From: Candidatus Iainarchaeum sp.
GTDB lineage: Archaea > Iainarchaeota > Iainarchaeia > Iainarchaeales > DTGL01
Assembly (NCBI GenBank): GCA_026413945.1
Contig: JAOAJX010000001.1
Coordinates: forward strand, 64,001-128,000
DNA: 64,000 nt
Direction: 5' to 3'
Of this stretch, positions 36,760 to 46,710 are shown in pieces; the stretch's first letter is position 1, and each line of letters starts with the position of its first letter. The notes beneath the pieces were generated by a model. The model did not search any database, was not told the origin of the DNA, and saw only the letters and a program-made list of their open reading frames with translations. The position numbers and the translations under genes are program-made.

Positions 36760-37602
36760 TCATATAATTGGGTTGAATTCTTCTTCGCCAGCAAGGGGTA
36801 TGTAACTTTTCCATATTTTTGGGCATTTTTCCTTAACCTTGCAGATTTCGCACGCTTCAATTAGCGTTAGTTCTGTTTCTTGCTTAGTTATTCCTTCTGC
36901 GAGATGCCAATACTTTTTGTCCATTATACAAAGAGGAAAATGAAACAGCATTACTTCAAAATTTGCCCTTAGTAAAGTTTCTGCTGCCTTCTCTACAAAT
37001 GGCGCTGCTTTGCTATACCTCACAAAAACCTTGCGCCTGTTGATGAACGCATTACCAGTGTATTTTAGGTTGATAAAAACAACCCTTTCAAGTCCTTTGA
37101 AGTTTTTCACAATGAATTCAGCGGTTTTTTTTAGATGCTTATAATTTATCTTCTCCACAAGAATTCTTAACTCAACTTTGAACCCTTTTTCCAGAAGTTT
37201 TTTTATACCATTCACGGTTTCATTCCAGCTTCCCTTGAATTGTGTTATGGAATCATGCACTTCTGGCTTGTGGCTGTACAAAGCTATGCCAAAACGTATT
37301 GGTTCAAGCTTATGCTTGCTTATCTTATCCACAAAGTCTTTACCTGAAAACTTTCGCCCATTGCTGACAACAAATATGAACTTATTAGGGTGTTTCTTTC
37401 TTGCGTATGCTAAGATATCAACGAAATCTTCCCTGAGTGTTGGCTCTCCGCCGGTAACGCCAAAAATCTCGGTTTCCGGAATCTTGTCTATAATCTCAAA
37501 TAATTTTGCTTTGCTTTGCTGCCCCAACCAGCAAGTCATTCTTGTATCAATTATGCAGCTTATGCAATTATTATTGCATTTGAAGGTTAGTGGCCACTCC
37601 AT
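36760..37602 (-). CDS. hxsC: His-Xaa-Ser system radical SAM maturase HxsC
   Basis: CNNNCISC, GVTGGEPTL, SNGR.F, I.LYS....HD.I....GSW.ET..GI, VELRI...K.NY, FHFPLC, C..C.VK..C. Confidence 0.82.
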   Translation of the reverse strand: MEWPLTFKCNNNCISCIIDTRMTCWLGQQSKAKLFEIIDKIPETEIFGVTGGEPTLREDFVDILAYARKKHPNKFIFVVSNGRKFSGKDFVDKISKHKLEPIRFGIALYSHKPEVHDSITQFKGSWNETVNGIKKLLEKGFKVELRILVEKINYKHLKKTAEFIVKNFKGLERVVFINLKYTGNAFINRRKVFVRYSKAAPFVEKAAETLLRANFEVMLFHFPLCIMDKKYWHLAEGITKQETELTLIEACEICKVKEKCPKIWKSYIPLAGEEEFNPII

Positions 37603-38489
37603 TTTAAGTCATCTCCAAGCAATTCTAAGCCTCTAAAGGCAACATACTTCTTGGATATACCAGGGCAATTATTTGCAAAGCGGCAATCTTTACAAATTTT
37701 CAGCTTTTCACAACTGCTTTTTATTTTCGTTTCTAAGTCAACTTTCATATCAAACCAGTACATCTTTGTCTTTAATTGGCCACAAGTAGCGCTGTCCTTG
37801 TTCTTCTTCAATGAGCATGGAGGCATATTCATTACCCAAACTGTAATGCCATGATTTTTTAGTATTGACGCAGCCGAATCCACACTTTCAGAAACCTGTG
37901 CAAACGTAGGTATGAGCCATTTGTTATTAAGCAAGTTACCGTCAATATCCGGGAATATTATGCACATTGCACGAATTTGGTAATTATTGCAGAGGAATTC
38001 TGCTAATTTAGGTAACTCATTGAAATTTATTTTATTTAATACAAAATTTACATCAATGGTAAGGTTTGCTTTTGATGCATTTTCCAGGCCTTTTATTGCT
38101 TTCTCAAATGCGCCTTTAACATTGCAAAGGAAGTCGTGCGTTTCCGGATTTAAGCCATGGATTGAAAGTATTACACCGGTTAGTCCTGCTGCAATCATTT
38201 GATCCAAAAATGCTTTATTTGAAAGCAAAAGGCCGTTTGTTGTAATCCTAACTTCTTTGGCCCCATTTTTTCTTGCAAATGCTATTAGCTCACACAGATC
38301 TTTGCGTATTGTTGGCTCGCCACCAGTAAAGTTAATCTCCTCAGCAAAGTCTTTACCTAACGCTAACATAATTTCCTTCTTTATCTCCTCTGTGCTCTTA
38401 TTCTGGTTCCTATTCCCAACAGAGCAAAAGAGGCAATTGTTGTTGCATGCAAAGCCCAAAACAATTTCAACTTTTCCTAAGTATGTCAT
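37587..38489 (-). CDS. Radical SAM protein, HxsC-like paralog 3
   Basis: CNNNCLFC, FTGGEPTIRKD, SIHG....HD.L, MPPC, C..C.....CPG....Y. Confidence 0.88.
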   Translation of the reverse strand: MTYLGKVEIVLGFACNNNCLFCSVGNRNQNKSTEEIKKEIMLALGKDFAEEINFTGGEPTIRKDLCELIAFARKNGAKEVRITTNGLLLSNKAFLDQMIAAGLTGVILSIHGLNPETHDFLCNVKGAFEKAIKGLENASKANLTIDVNFVLNKINFNELPKLAEFLCNNYQIRAMCIIFPDIDGNLLNNKWLIPTFAQVSESVDSAASILKNHGITVWVMNMPPCSLKKNKDSATCGQLKTKMYWFDMKVDLETKIKSSCEKLKICKDCRFANNCPGISKKYVAFRGLELLGDDLKWSGH

Positions 38490-38504
38490 CAAAGCACCTG
38501 TGCA

Positions 38505-39389
38505 TCAGCTAAATTGCAGCAACAGACCTTTTTCAATTTCCCCAACAAACTTTTTGCCAGAGTAAACTCTTAAAGAATCTTCTTTTGCAATAATGGAGTT
38601 TCCTTTGGATAAGATACCTTTAAACCCACTGAAGTCAATGGATAATTCACCAATAATTGAAGAGTATCTTATTGAATCACCTTCTTTGTGGCCTTCAAAT
38701 GTGCAAAACTCATGATCATTCCACACGATAATTGGCTTCTTTAAAAAATGTTCTGCGCTCTTGCAGAAAGCGGGTATTTGTTTGCTTAAGATATGTTGCA
38801 TTTTTCTTCCAAATTTTAGGCTTTCCTTACAGTCAAAAGAACATGGTTGGTGTGGTATGAAAAAAAGGTTATAAGTGCTTATCCTAATAAAATTTTCATC
38901 ATTGCCAATCAAAGCATAGTCGCCTTTGCTAGAGAAATTGTATGTTGAGTTAAGAAGGAAGTTAAGCTTTTTGCTGTTTTGGAAGATCCTTTCAATAAGG
39001 TTGTAGTCATACTTACCGCCCTGTTTTGAACAGGGGTTTTTTTCAGACAAGGTTTTAATGAAAAAGGAAGTGCAGCAAGGCGGATAGCCAAAAAGGTCAC
39101 CAACATCTATTCTATTGGCATTAGCTTCTGCTCTGGCTGCTTTTTCAATATCTTGCCTCGATTTTGAAATATATGCCAGAAGCATGCTTTCTTTTGTTTC
39201 GTAAATTTTAATCCTCTTTACTTCGCATTCTAAGCCCCAGCCCTTTGCGAGTTTTTTTACGCTTCCCTTGTCATTTTCTGATATTCCTGTTCGCGAAACC
39301 GGCTTTAGGTCATAAACTACTCCAAAAAAATCCACTGGTGAAAAGAACCCAAGCCAAGTTGGTTTTTCAAATAAAATTTTGCTACGCAT
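38505..39389 (-). CDS. DUF483-like protein
   Basis: G.LFGYPPCC..FF and H.PCSFDC.ES motifs. Confidence 0.65.
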   Translation of the reverse strand: MRSKILFEKPTWLGFFSPVDFFGVVYDLKPVSRTGISENDKGSVKKLAKGWGLECEVKRIKIYETKESMLLAYISKSRQDIEKAARAEANANRIDVGDLFGYPPCCTSFFIKTLSEKNPCSKQGGKYDYNLIERIFQNSKKLNFLLNSTYNFSSKGDYALIGNDENFIRISTYNLFFIPHQPCSFDCKESLKFGRKMQHILSKQIPAFCKSAEHFLKKPIIVWNDHEFCTFEGHKEGDSIRYSSIIGELSIDFSGFKGILSKGNSIIAKEDSLRVYSGKKFVGEIEKGLLLQFS

Positions 39390-39390
39390 A

Positions 39391-40353
39391 TCAATACTCC
39401 TGCAGCTTAAATTCTTCTGTGGTAATTTGTTTTCCTTCAATAGGCTTGAATTCTGAAAAGCCCCTTACACGAGTATATTCCTTGAAAGGGCCAACGCAGA
39501 GTAAAAAATATTTGCATTTTTTGCAATTTGCGCCTTTGCTTCTGTACTTCTGCCTGTTTTTTTGTATGTCTGCCCTGAACTTTGGCCCAATCAAAATTGT
39601 GTTTGTGACAGTGAGCTCAGACATAATGTTTGTGTAGCTTGGCAATATGCAAGGATACATATTATGCAAAAAAGGCTTTCCACCCTCTTTGAGTAGAATA
39701 TCACACGCCTCTTTGATGTAAGAAGCAGCTTCATCTATCCTTGGAACCATTCGCTCGAAATCCTGTTTAGCGAAGCCGTCTGGTATTGCAAAATTTAAGT
39801 GATAGCTTTTGGTGTTCTTCTTGAACTTGAGAAGGAAAGCAGCCATTTCAGGCAGTTTTTCATAATTGTAGGTGTTTATTACCGTGCTTGTGCGCTTTTC
39901 AATGCCAAGATCTTCAAGATTTTTCAAGCCAGCAACTTTGTCATCGAAAGAACCTTTTGTTTGCGTAAGGAAATCCTCTAATTTTGCATTTGGCGCGTGT
40001 ATTGATACGAGTACTCGGTTTACACCTAAATCAAAAATTTTCTTCGCATAGTTACGGTACTTAAGCATGCAGCCATTTGTCTGGATCTCAATGACTTCAA
40101 AACCAAGCTTTTTTGCATATCTTATTGCCTCAAACAAATCTTTCCTTATAGTTGGCTCGCCGCCGGAAAAAGATATTATGTCTGCGCCGCATCTCTTGGC
40201 AAACTCCAAATCCTTTTTTATTTCCAACCAGCTTTTTGCGCGGCCATCTGAAACAAGCTTGTGGCCTACCGAGCAAAAAATGCAGCGCTGATTACATTGC
40301 CAATTAACCAGAATTTCAACCTTTTTAAGCCCAATTTCAGCTCTTTCATTCAT
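39391..40353 (-). CDS. Radical SAM protein, HxsC-like paralog 4
   Basis: CNQRCIFC, FSGGEPTIRKD, QTNG, YPC, C..C.....C.G....Y. Confidence 0.88.
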   Translation of the reverse strand: MNERAEIGLKKVEILVNWQCNQRCIFCSVGHKLVSDGRAKSWLEIKKDLEFAKRCGADIISFSGGEPTIRKDLFEAIRYAKKLGFEVIEIQTNGCMLKYRNYAKKIFDLGVNRVLVSIHAPNAKLEDFLTQTKGSFDDKVAGLKNLEDLGIEKRTSTVINTYNYEKLPEMAAFLLKFKKNTKSYHLNFAIPDGFAKQDFERMVPRIDEAASYIKEACDILLKEGGKPFLHNMYPCILPSYTNIMSELTVTNTILIGPKFRADIQKNRQKYRSKGANCKKCKYFLLCVGPFKEYTRVRGFSEFKPIEGKQITTEEFKLQEY

Positions 40354-40371
40354 TTTCAATACCGCATAAAA

Positions 40372-40617
40372 TCAAGGTGAAGCGCCCTTTATTAGGCTCA
40401 AGACATAATTGCAGAACTCAAGGGTTAACTTTTCAGCAGAAACAGCCTCTGTTTTCATTGTAATGTGAAAATATCTGCCGGACTCTTTTTTTGTTATTTT
40501 TGCGCCTTTAACCTCTTTAAGCGCCTTATTAACTATTTTTCTTGGGTAAAAGGCCTTTGAAAGGTTTAATGTTGCTTTTTTTCCATCTTCTTTTACTTCC
40601 AATAACATTTTAAGCAC
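40372..40617 (-). CDS. HxsD-like protein (short)
   Basis: L.K.FY....V..A.....LEFCNYVLSL; similar to the adjacent HxsD. Confidence 0.6.
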   Translation of the reverse strand: MLKMLLEVKEDGKKATLNLSKAFYPRKIVNKALKEVKGAKITKKESGRYFHITMKTEAVSAEKLTLEFCNYVLSLIKGASP

Positions 40618-40641
40618 CCTGCATGGGCAAATGCTAAACCT

Positions 40642-41124
40642 TTAGCCCTTTGGCTTCTTAAGCCCTTTTGCCTTTTCAGGAGTCCACGGCTTAGCTATGC
40701 CTTCTGGGTCATCTATGAACAAATCATCAGTTGGCATTTTTATGTCGGCTGCTTTTTCTTTAATATTTTCCTCCTCAGCGCATTGGGGGCAGTAGTTTTC
40801 AGTTAGGTTTGTTGCTAAGGCACGCTTTATTATTGCCTCTCTAATCGGCTGGTTTCTTGCTGCTTGTATCGCATAAGCAGCATAGTTTATCAATTCATCA
40901 TGGAGTTTCAAAGCAAGGCTTTCAAGCTTCTTTCTGCTAAGCGCCTCTTCTTTCGGCTTTATCAATATTTTAATCTCTTTTTGCGGGTCGCCATCAAGTA
41001 TAAAATATGCCCTATCAAGAAGAACGTAGCAGGCAGCATAAACAACTTCAAGCGGGAAAACTTTTGGGTTTATGCTTAATATTGCTTCGTTTTTATCTGG
41101 AAATAGTTCAATGCCATGTACCAT
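40642..41124 (-). CDS. hxsD: His-Xaa-Ser system protein HxsD
   Basis: I...VFP.EVV.AACY..LDRAY..L, ELINY......N..IRE.I..RAL, tail DDPEGIAKPW. Confidence 0.78.
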   Translation of the reverse strand: MVHGIELFPDKNEAILSINPKVFPLEVVYAACYVLLDRAYFILDGDPQKEIKILIKPKEEALSRKKLESLALKLHDELINYAAYAIQAARNQPIREAIIKRALATNLTENYCPQCAEEENIKEKAADIKMPTDDLFIDDPEGIAKPWTPEKAKGLKKPKG

Positions 41125-41233
41125 AAAATCACCTGTGGAATAAACATTTATCAACAGAAAGTTTAATTAATAACAATAATTAAATATATAAAAACGTTTA
41201 TATTTTGCTTGCAAAATAAAAATAGTGAAAAAT

Positions 41234-44200
41234 ATGAAATTGCGAAGGGCTTATTTATTAGGAATTATTTCAGCTGTCATGTTGGTCTGCTTACCAAACT
41301 TTGCTAATTCACAAACCTGTTATGGTGGACTTTCTGGAAGCAATTTGCAAGATTGTTTTGGCTCTTCTGATTATCCTTGTTACTATTGTGATGTTAGTGA
41401 TATGGACTACGAAATAAGGGCTCCTAATGGCGTTACAACAACGGGCTGGCGCGATATGAGTTATTCTACGCAGGTTGGAAGTTGTAGTGTAAGCTGTATA
41501 CAAAAGACTTGGACTGCAAGCTATCTTTGGTGTCCGCAGGAAGGCACTTATTCAATAAGAACAAGAGCTTATTCTCAAAGCGGAAGTGGTTATGCTTGGG
41601 AAACGAGTGATTGGAACACAAATGCATATACAGTAAACTATGATTATGAACAACTTTGGTGTACCTGTAAAGGTGGCACATGGGTTTCTGGTGCAACATA
41701 TTGTGGTAGCCTTGGATGCCAAGGCGGAAGATGCTGTGGAGACGATGGAGCAAATGATAATTTTTGTGTAGCTGGGGGCGGAAGTTGTGTTGCTGGAACC
41801 CATAGGTCTAATCATTGTTCGGATGGGGTAAAAAATTGTGATGAGCAGGGCATTGATTGCGGCGGAGCTGACTGTGCTTCTTGCGTGAGTGTAATTGTAA
41901 ACGCACCAAATGGCAACCAATACATAAGAGGTACATATTATATTGATTTTAATGTTTATGACCCAAACAATGGGGAACTGCATGCGAAGATTGCATATTC
42001 TACATCCCCGGGCTTGTTTTCTAACATAATCGTTTCCGACCTTAACCTGAATAATGACCCAAACATCAGTGCTTTAACCTGTGACAAAACTAATTGGAGC
42101 ACAACAACGAGATGCATATATTCCTGGAATACCACAACCGCAAATGATGGAAATTATTATATTGATATTAACTTATGGAGCGTTTCTGGCGGCTTTTCAA
42201 TTGACTCAAGCAATGCTTCCTTTGCAATAGACAATACTGCGCCTACTACAAATGCGACTGCAAAGAAGAGTGATGACAGCAACTATGTGTTTGGAGAATG
42301 GAGCAAACTAAATGTTACTGTGACTTTGCAATGCATAGATACGACCTCTGGCTGTAAGGCGACATACTACTGCCTTGGCTCTGGCTGTACTCCGAATACA
42401 ACATATTCATCAACAATAACAATATCCTCAGAAGGAACTACTTACTTAAGATTCCGTTCGGTTGATAATGCTGATAATAATGAAAGTGTTCAGGAGAAAA
42501 TAGTAAAGGTTGACAATACTGCGCCTACTACAACAGACAATGCTCCTGTAAACTGGCAAACCACTGACTTTAATATAACACTCACTTGTAATGACGGCTT
42601 AGGCATTGGCTGCTCTGAAACATATTATAGGATAAATAGCGGCGCCTGGCAGCTATATTCTGGAAGCATAAGTATAACACAAGATGGCAATCATCGTGTG
42701 GATTATTACAGCAAAGATCTACTAAATAATACAGAAGGCATGAAAACATGCTATGCGCCATTAGACAAAAGTCCGCCAACCATAGATGTTAATTCTCCGC
42801 TAAACAATGAAGTTATAGAATCAACCATTTACGTAAGATTTAGGGCTAACAAAGGTGTTGGATCACCTTTAAGCTTTGGCTCAATAATTGTTCTTTTAGA
42901 TGGCTCACAAAGCGATGATTTTAATAGGTCAGTGCATTGTATAGAAGCTAGCGGCGATTATATTTGTGCCTATTATGAATATGTTAATACTGCAAAGGAT
43001 TATAATCTATCAATAAGAGTAAGTGATCAAGTTGGTTGGACGGTACAGCGGGACATTAATTTCTTTTATTTGGGCCTTACAACCTTCAATATAGAAGGAT
43101 ACACAATAGAGCCAAGCACTGCAATGAAAGGTGTTATTTATTCAATGGTAGATGTTGGCTTGAGCTCATTTGGTGGCTCTTCTTGTGCTGGAACAAAATA
43201 TATTGAGACTGGCTTTCCCGGAATATTCAGAAATATCCCGCCGGTTCTTGTTTATGCTGGCTATGAGGAAGGGTATTTTAGTGGTGATCTAAACATTAGA
43301 TTCTATGCTGCTGACTATGAAATGGGTGAATTGCATACCAAGATGGCATATTCTATTGCAAAGGGATCGTTCCAAAATAGCATAGTTAATGACCTTAACT
43401 TAAACAATTATCAAAATATTCCTCAGCTGAACTGCGCAAGTGCTGACTGGCGTTATGCGAGGTTATGCACATATGCTTGGGATACCACGCAAGCAAATGA
43501 TGGAAATTATTACCTTGACTTAAACCTCTGGGATGAACATGGCGCAAGCAGCAGCTATTCTACAACAAAGACTCTTTGCATAGATAACACAGCACCAGAT
43601 ATAAACTTAATCAAGCCAAAGCCGAACGAATTAATTGAAGAACCTTGGTTTATGTTTAAAATATCCGAAAATGGTTGCGCTCCATTGGCTTTGGGCGGAA
43701 TATCGGTGTTATTGAATGGTGAAGCGACCAGTTTTGAGTATACTAGGGATTGCAACAAAAGCGGCTCAGAATATACTTGTGGTTTCAATATACTTGGGCT
43801 TATTGAGAGTGACTATAATTTTAGCATAATTGTAACTGATCTGGCAAAAAACGGGAGGCAGGCCGATGTTAACTTCCGCTTTATTCCAAAGATTTCCGTA
43901 AGTGCTATACAGCCCAGCGGAACTTTAGAAACTGGCGACATAACAATATCATTCAATGTTTATAACACAGCCCTCAGTGAGTTGCATGCGAAGATATATT
44001 ACAGCTCAATACATGCTGGAAAACTTGGCTTTGAAAACGCTATTGAAACAGACTTAAACCTTAATAATCATGCACAGATTGAAAATCTAAACTGCACTTC
44101 AAATTCTTGGTGGCCCCCTGTGCAATGCACATACTACTGGGACGCGAGAAACGTAGAAGATGGAAACTACTACATAGACATAAATATTTGGACGAATGGT

Positions 44201-44941
44201 GGTTTAACAGCATCCGGTTCTTCATTGAAGCAATTCTTAATTGACAATACGCCACCATTGGCTAGCGTCACAGATGTTTCCGAAACAACAACATTTGAGG
44301 ATACTGTCTATCTCAACTGCATTGACTCTTTTTCAGGATGCAAAAAAACAAGATGGTATTATTTCAGCGAAACCAACAATTGTTCAAATAACAAGAATAA
44401 CTATATACACAGTACCAATAAAAATAGCATAACTATTGTCGAAGATAACAACAACTATATCTGCTTATGGGTTGAGAATAATGTTGGTCTTAGCTCAAAA
44501 GCAGCATCTCCGAGGTTAAATGTAATCTCAAGCAGTTGGGGTCTTACAAAAGGCCCTAGTGAAACAATAAATGAGGCTGCTTTGGATTTGAACAATGCTT
44601 GCTCTTTTTATGTGAGTTCTGATATTAATCTTGCCTGTGAATACCAGAGCTTTGTTAAGATAAGAAGCTACAACGTGGACATAGGCAGAGTTTATCCTTT
44701 ATCTCCAGCAATAATAGAATCTTCAGAGCGGCCTCTTGAAGTTTTGCTTGAATCATCTATAGCGAATTTTTACGATGAAAGATATTACATTATATTTGAA
44801 GGAGAATTTTCCAGGATAACAAGCAAGGGAATTGAAAAAGATTACCCCAATGTTATTGTAAGGCGAAGAATGGTGCCATTGCTAAAAGCAAATGGTCGTC
44901 TTGAGCTTGGAACATTGGTTATAAAAGCAGGAAAAAGGTAG
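41234..44941 (+). CDS. Large secreted Cys-rich surface protein with repeated Ig-like domains
   Basis: Signal peptide; CCGDD and C.DGVKNCDE.GIDCGG..C motifs; three copies of ELH.K..YS...F.N.I..DLNLNN...C.Y.W......DGNYY.D.N.W...IDNT.P. Confidence 0.85.
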   Translation: MKLRRAYLLGIISAVMLVCLPNFANSQTCYGGLSGSNLQDCFGSSDYPCYYCDVSDMDYEIRAPNGVTTTGWRDMSYSTQVGSCSVSCIQKTWTASYLWCPQEGTYSIRTRAYSQSGSGYAWETSDWNTNAYTVNYDYEQLWCTCKGGTWVSGATYCGSLGCQGGRCCGDDGANDNFCVAGGGSCVAGTHRSNHCSDGVKNCDEQGIDCGGADCASCVSVIVNAPNGNQYIRGTYYIDFNVYDPNNGELHAKIAYSTSPGLFSNIIVSDLNLNNDPNISALTCDKTNWSTTTRCIYSWNTTTANDGNYYIDINLWSVSGGFSIDSSNASFAIDNTAPTTNATAKKSDDSNYVFGEWSKLNVTVTLQCIDTTSGCKATYYCLGSGCTPNTTYSSTITISSEGTTYLRFRSVDNADNNESVQEKIVKVDNTAPTTTDNAPVNWQTTDFNITLTCNDGLGIGCSETYYRINSGAWQLYSGSISITQDGNHRVDYYSKDLLNNTEGMKTCYAPLDKSPPTIDVNSPLNNEVIESTIYVRFRANKGVGSPLSFGSIIVLLDGSQSDDFNRSVHCIEASGDYICAYYEYVNTAKDYNLSIRVSDQVGWTVQRDINFFYLGLTTFNIEGYTIEPSTAMKGVIYSMVDVGLSSFGGSSCAGTKYIETGFPGIFRNIPPVLVYAGYEEGYFSGDLNIRFYAADYEMGELHTKMAYSIAKGSFQNSIVNDLNLNNYQNIPQLNCASADWRYARLCTYAWDTTQANDGNYYLDLNLWDEHGASSSYSTTKTLCIDNTAPDINLIKPKPNELIEEPWFMFKISENGCAPLALGGISVLLNGEATSFEYTRDCNKSGSEYTCGFNILGLIESDYNFSIIVTDLAKNGRQADVNFRFIPKISVSAIQPSGTLETGDITISFNVYNTALSELHAKIYYSSIHAGKLGFENAIETDLNLNNHAQIENLNCTSNSWWPPVQCTYYWDARNVEDGNYYIDINIWTNGGLTASGSSLKQFLIDNTPPLASVTDVSETTTFEDTVYLNCIDSFSGCKKTRWYYFSETNNCSNNKNNYIHSTNKNSITIVEDNNNYICLWVENNVGLSSKAASPRLNVISSSWGLTKGPSETINEAALDLNNACSFYVSSDINLACEYQSFVKIRSYNVDIGRVYPLSPAIIESSERPLEVLLESSIANFYDERYYIIFEGEFSRITSKGIEKDYPNVIVRRRMVPLLKANGRLELGTLVIKAGKR

Positions 44942-44975
44942 CTGTGGTTATATTTCCGGTATTCTGTTTTAAGAG

Positions 44976-45836
44976 TTATGCTGGTGCTAAGAAAGAGATT
45001 GCGGTTATATAAATAAATAATGACGTTATGAGGAGTATTATTGAATGCTTTAGTCCTGACACAAAACTGTCTTCTGCAATTTTACCTATCATCGGGCCCG
45101 CAAAAAGTGCTTGTATTATTATAAGCCGAGTAAAATGCTCTTGGTAATCAACCTCTTTTGCGGTGGACCGTGATTCAATTGGCTGTCCAGTTATATCTAT
45201 TCCACCTTCAAGAACTTGGCCAATATTTACGCCAACCTGCTCTTTAAGCATTGGGATGAAGAAAACATATATCAGTATTATTATAATGACAAAAACGTAA
45301 AACATAAGGTATGAGTTTATTAGTGCGGAGGTTGTTCTTGATTTCCTCTGGCTTTTAAGCTTTTCAACTTTGTCAACATAGTCAATAGCAACAGAGAAAA
45401 CTTTCATGAAATTACCACCAGCACGAAGGGTCTGGTTTATAGCAACAGTTGTTTTCTTTATTAGGGGGCTATTGATGCGCCCGAATGTTATGAGCATTGC
45501 TTTTTCCATTGGAACCCCCAAGCGAACCTTTGCAGCAAGTCTTTTTACGTATATTGTTAATGCACCATAATCATTCCTAGCTGTTATTGCCAAGGCATCG
45601 CTGATATTAACCCCGCCTTGCAGAAGATCTTTTAGGTCATCTAAGAAAACCCTAAAATTTTCTTCGATTTCCTTGACGATTTTAGTTTTTGTATAGAAAG
45701 CATACATTGGTGGTATGAAGAGAAGAGTAAATGGCACTAATGAAAAGCTTGTATTTTGCAATACAAGATATGCTGCCAAAAATAGTACTATGCTGATAAA
45801 AAACCACTTTCCATAATATTTCAAATCGATTAGCAT
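44976..45836 (-). CDS. Type II secretion system F / TadC-ArlJ-like pilus platform protein
   Basis: FLDDL..L..G..I..AL......YGAL, GG, IIQALFAG...G.I.E.S..SGLKH. Confidence 0.88.
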   Translation of the reverse strand: MLIDLKYYGKWFFISIVLFLAAYLVLQNTSFSLVPFTLLFIPPMYAFYTKTKIVKEIEENFRVFLDDLKDLLQGGVNISDALAITARNDYGALTIYVKRLAAKVRLGVPMEKAMLITFGRINSPLIKKTTVAINQTLRAGGNFMKVFSVAIDYVDKVEKLKSQRKSRTTSALINSYLMFYVFVIIIILIYVFFIPMLKEQVGVNIGQVLEGGIDITGQPIESRSTAKEVDYQEHFTRLIIIQALFAGPMIGKIAEDSFVSGLKHSIILLITSLFIYITAISFLAPA

Positions 45837-45840
45837 TAAA

Positions 45841-46710
45841 TCACTCTTCAGACATCATATACATTACAAACATGAATATAATATTTGCGATTGGCATTCC
45901 AAAAACAACCCCATAGAAAAGAATCTCATCAACAGTAAGTCCGAACATTTTGCCTGCCGAAAAGAAATTAAGCATCATTATTGTAAAAAATATAAAAAGT
46001 GGTGCAGCAATCATTAGAATTGTGTATATTTCCCCCATTGTTTCTGCTCTATCTGATGCTCTCTCAAGCATGAGGCGGTATCTAAAATATGCATCATCAG
46101 CTCTTTTACTCATGAATTCACGCAAATCACCACCACTCTTTACAGTAGTATTAAGCTCTTTGAGAAAAGTTTTGAATGATGGTGATGGTGTTATTTCGGC
46201 CATTTTATCGATGGCCTTGGTAAAGGATAGGCCAAGTTGGTTCATGAAGCGCTCAATCTTCCTGCATTCGTGCTTTAGCCGCGGATATTCCTCACTGTTT
46301 GCCAAAACCTGGAACATGTATTGCGGTGGAGCTCCTGCCTGTGTCACTGTTGACATGGTGAGTATCGCTAGTGGCAAGCTTGCCTCGATATTTTTCTTTT
46401 TTCTTCCTAGGTCAAAATCAGGCCAAATTACCGCAATTATGCTTACAGATACAGCAACGATAAATGGAATAAAAAGCAATATCGTATTTTTGACCAAAAA
46501 TATAAAAGTGACAATGCATAAAGAAAAAGAAATAAAAAAAGCAAAAAATATGGCAGTCAAGGAATATGCGATATACATTGCTTCAGGATAGGGATAATCA
46601 ATCATTCCAAGCTTTTGTCGAAGCTTTGTGTTTTCAAAGCCTTTTAAAAGCTTATAGAAGCTCTTACTTGCGAATTTGTGAAGTGTTTTGGATATTATAC
46701 TTCTCATCAT
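45841..46710 (-). CDS. Type II secretion system F / TadB-ArlJ-like pilus platform protein
   Basis: IE.SLP.A...M......G, TPS..F..FL.EL..T..SGGDL..F, EIY. Confidence 0.88.
   Translation of the reverse strand: MMRSIISKTLHKFASKSFYKLLKGFENTKLRQKLGMIDYPYPEAMYIAYSLTAIFFAFFISFSLCIVTFIFLVKNTILLFIPFIVAVSVSIIAVIWPDFDLGRKKKNIEASLPLAILTMSTVTQAGAPPQYMFQVLANSEEYPRLKHECRKIERFMNQLGLSFTKAIDKMAEITPSPSFKTFLKELNTTVKSGGDLREFMSKRADDAYFRYRLMLERASDRAETMGEIYTILMIAAPLFIFFTIMMLNFFSAGKMFGLTVDEILFYGVVFGMPIANIIFMFVMYMMSEE

Noticed and set aside
45950-46591. Long antisense ORFs (for example 45950-46591, 51529-52203, 27815-28519)
   Set aside because: They lie opposite well-supported genes and show no recognisable motifs
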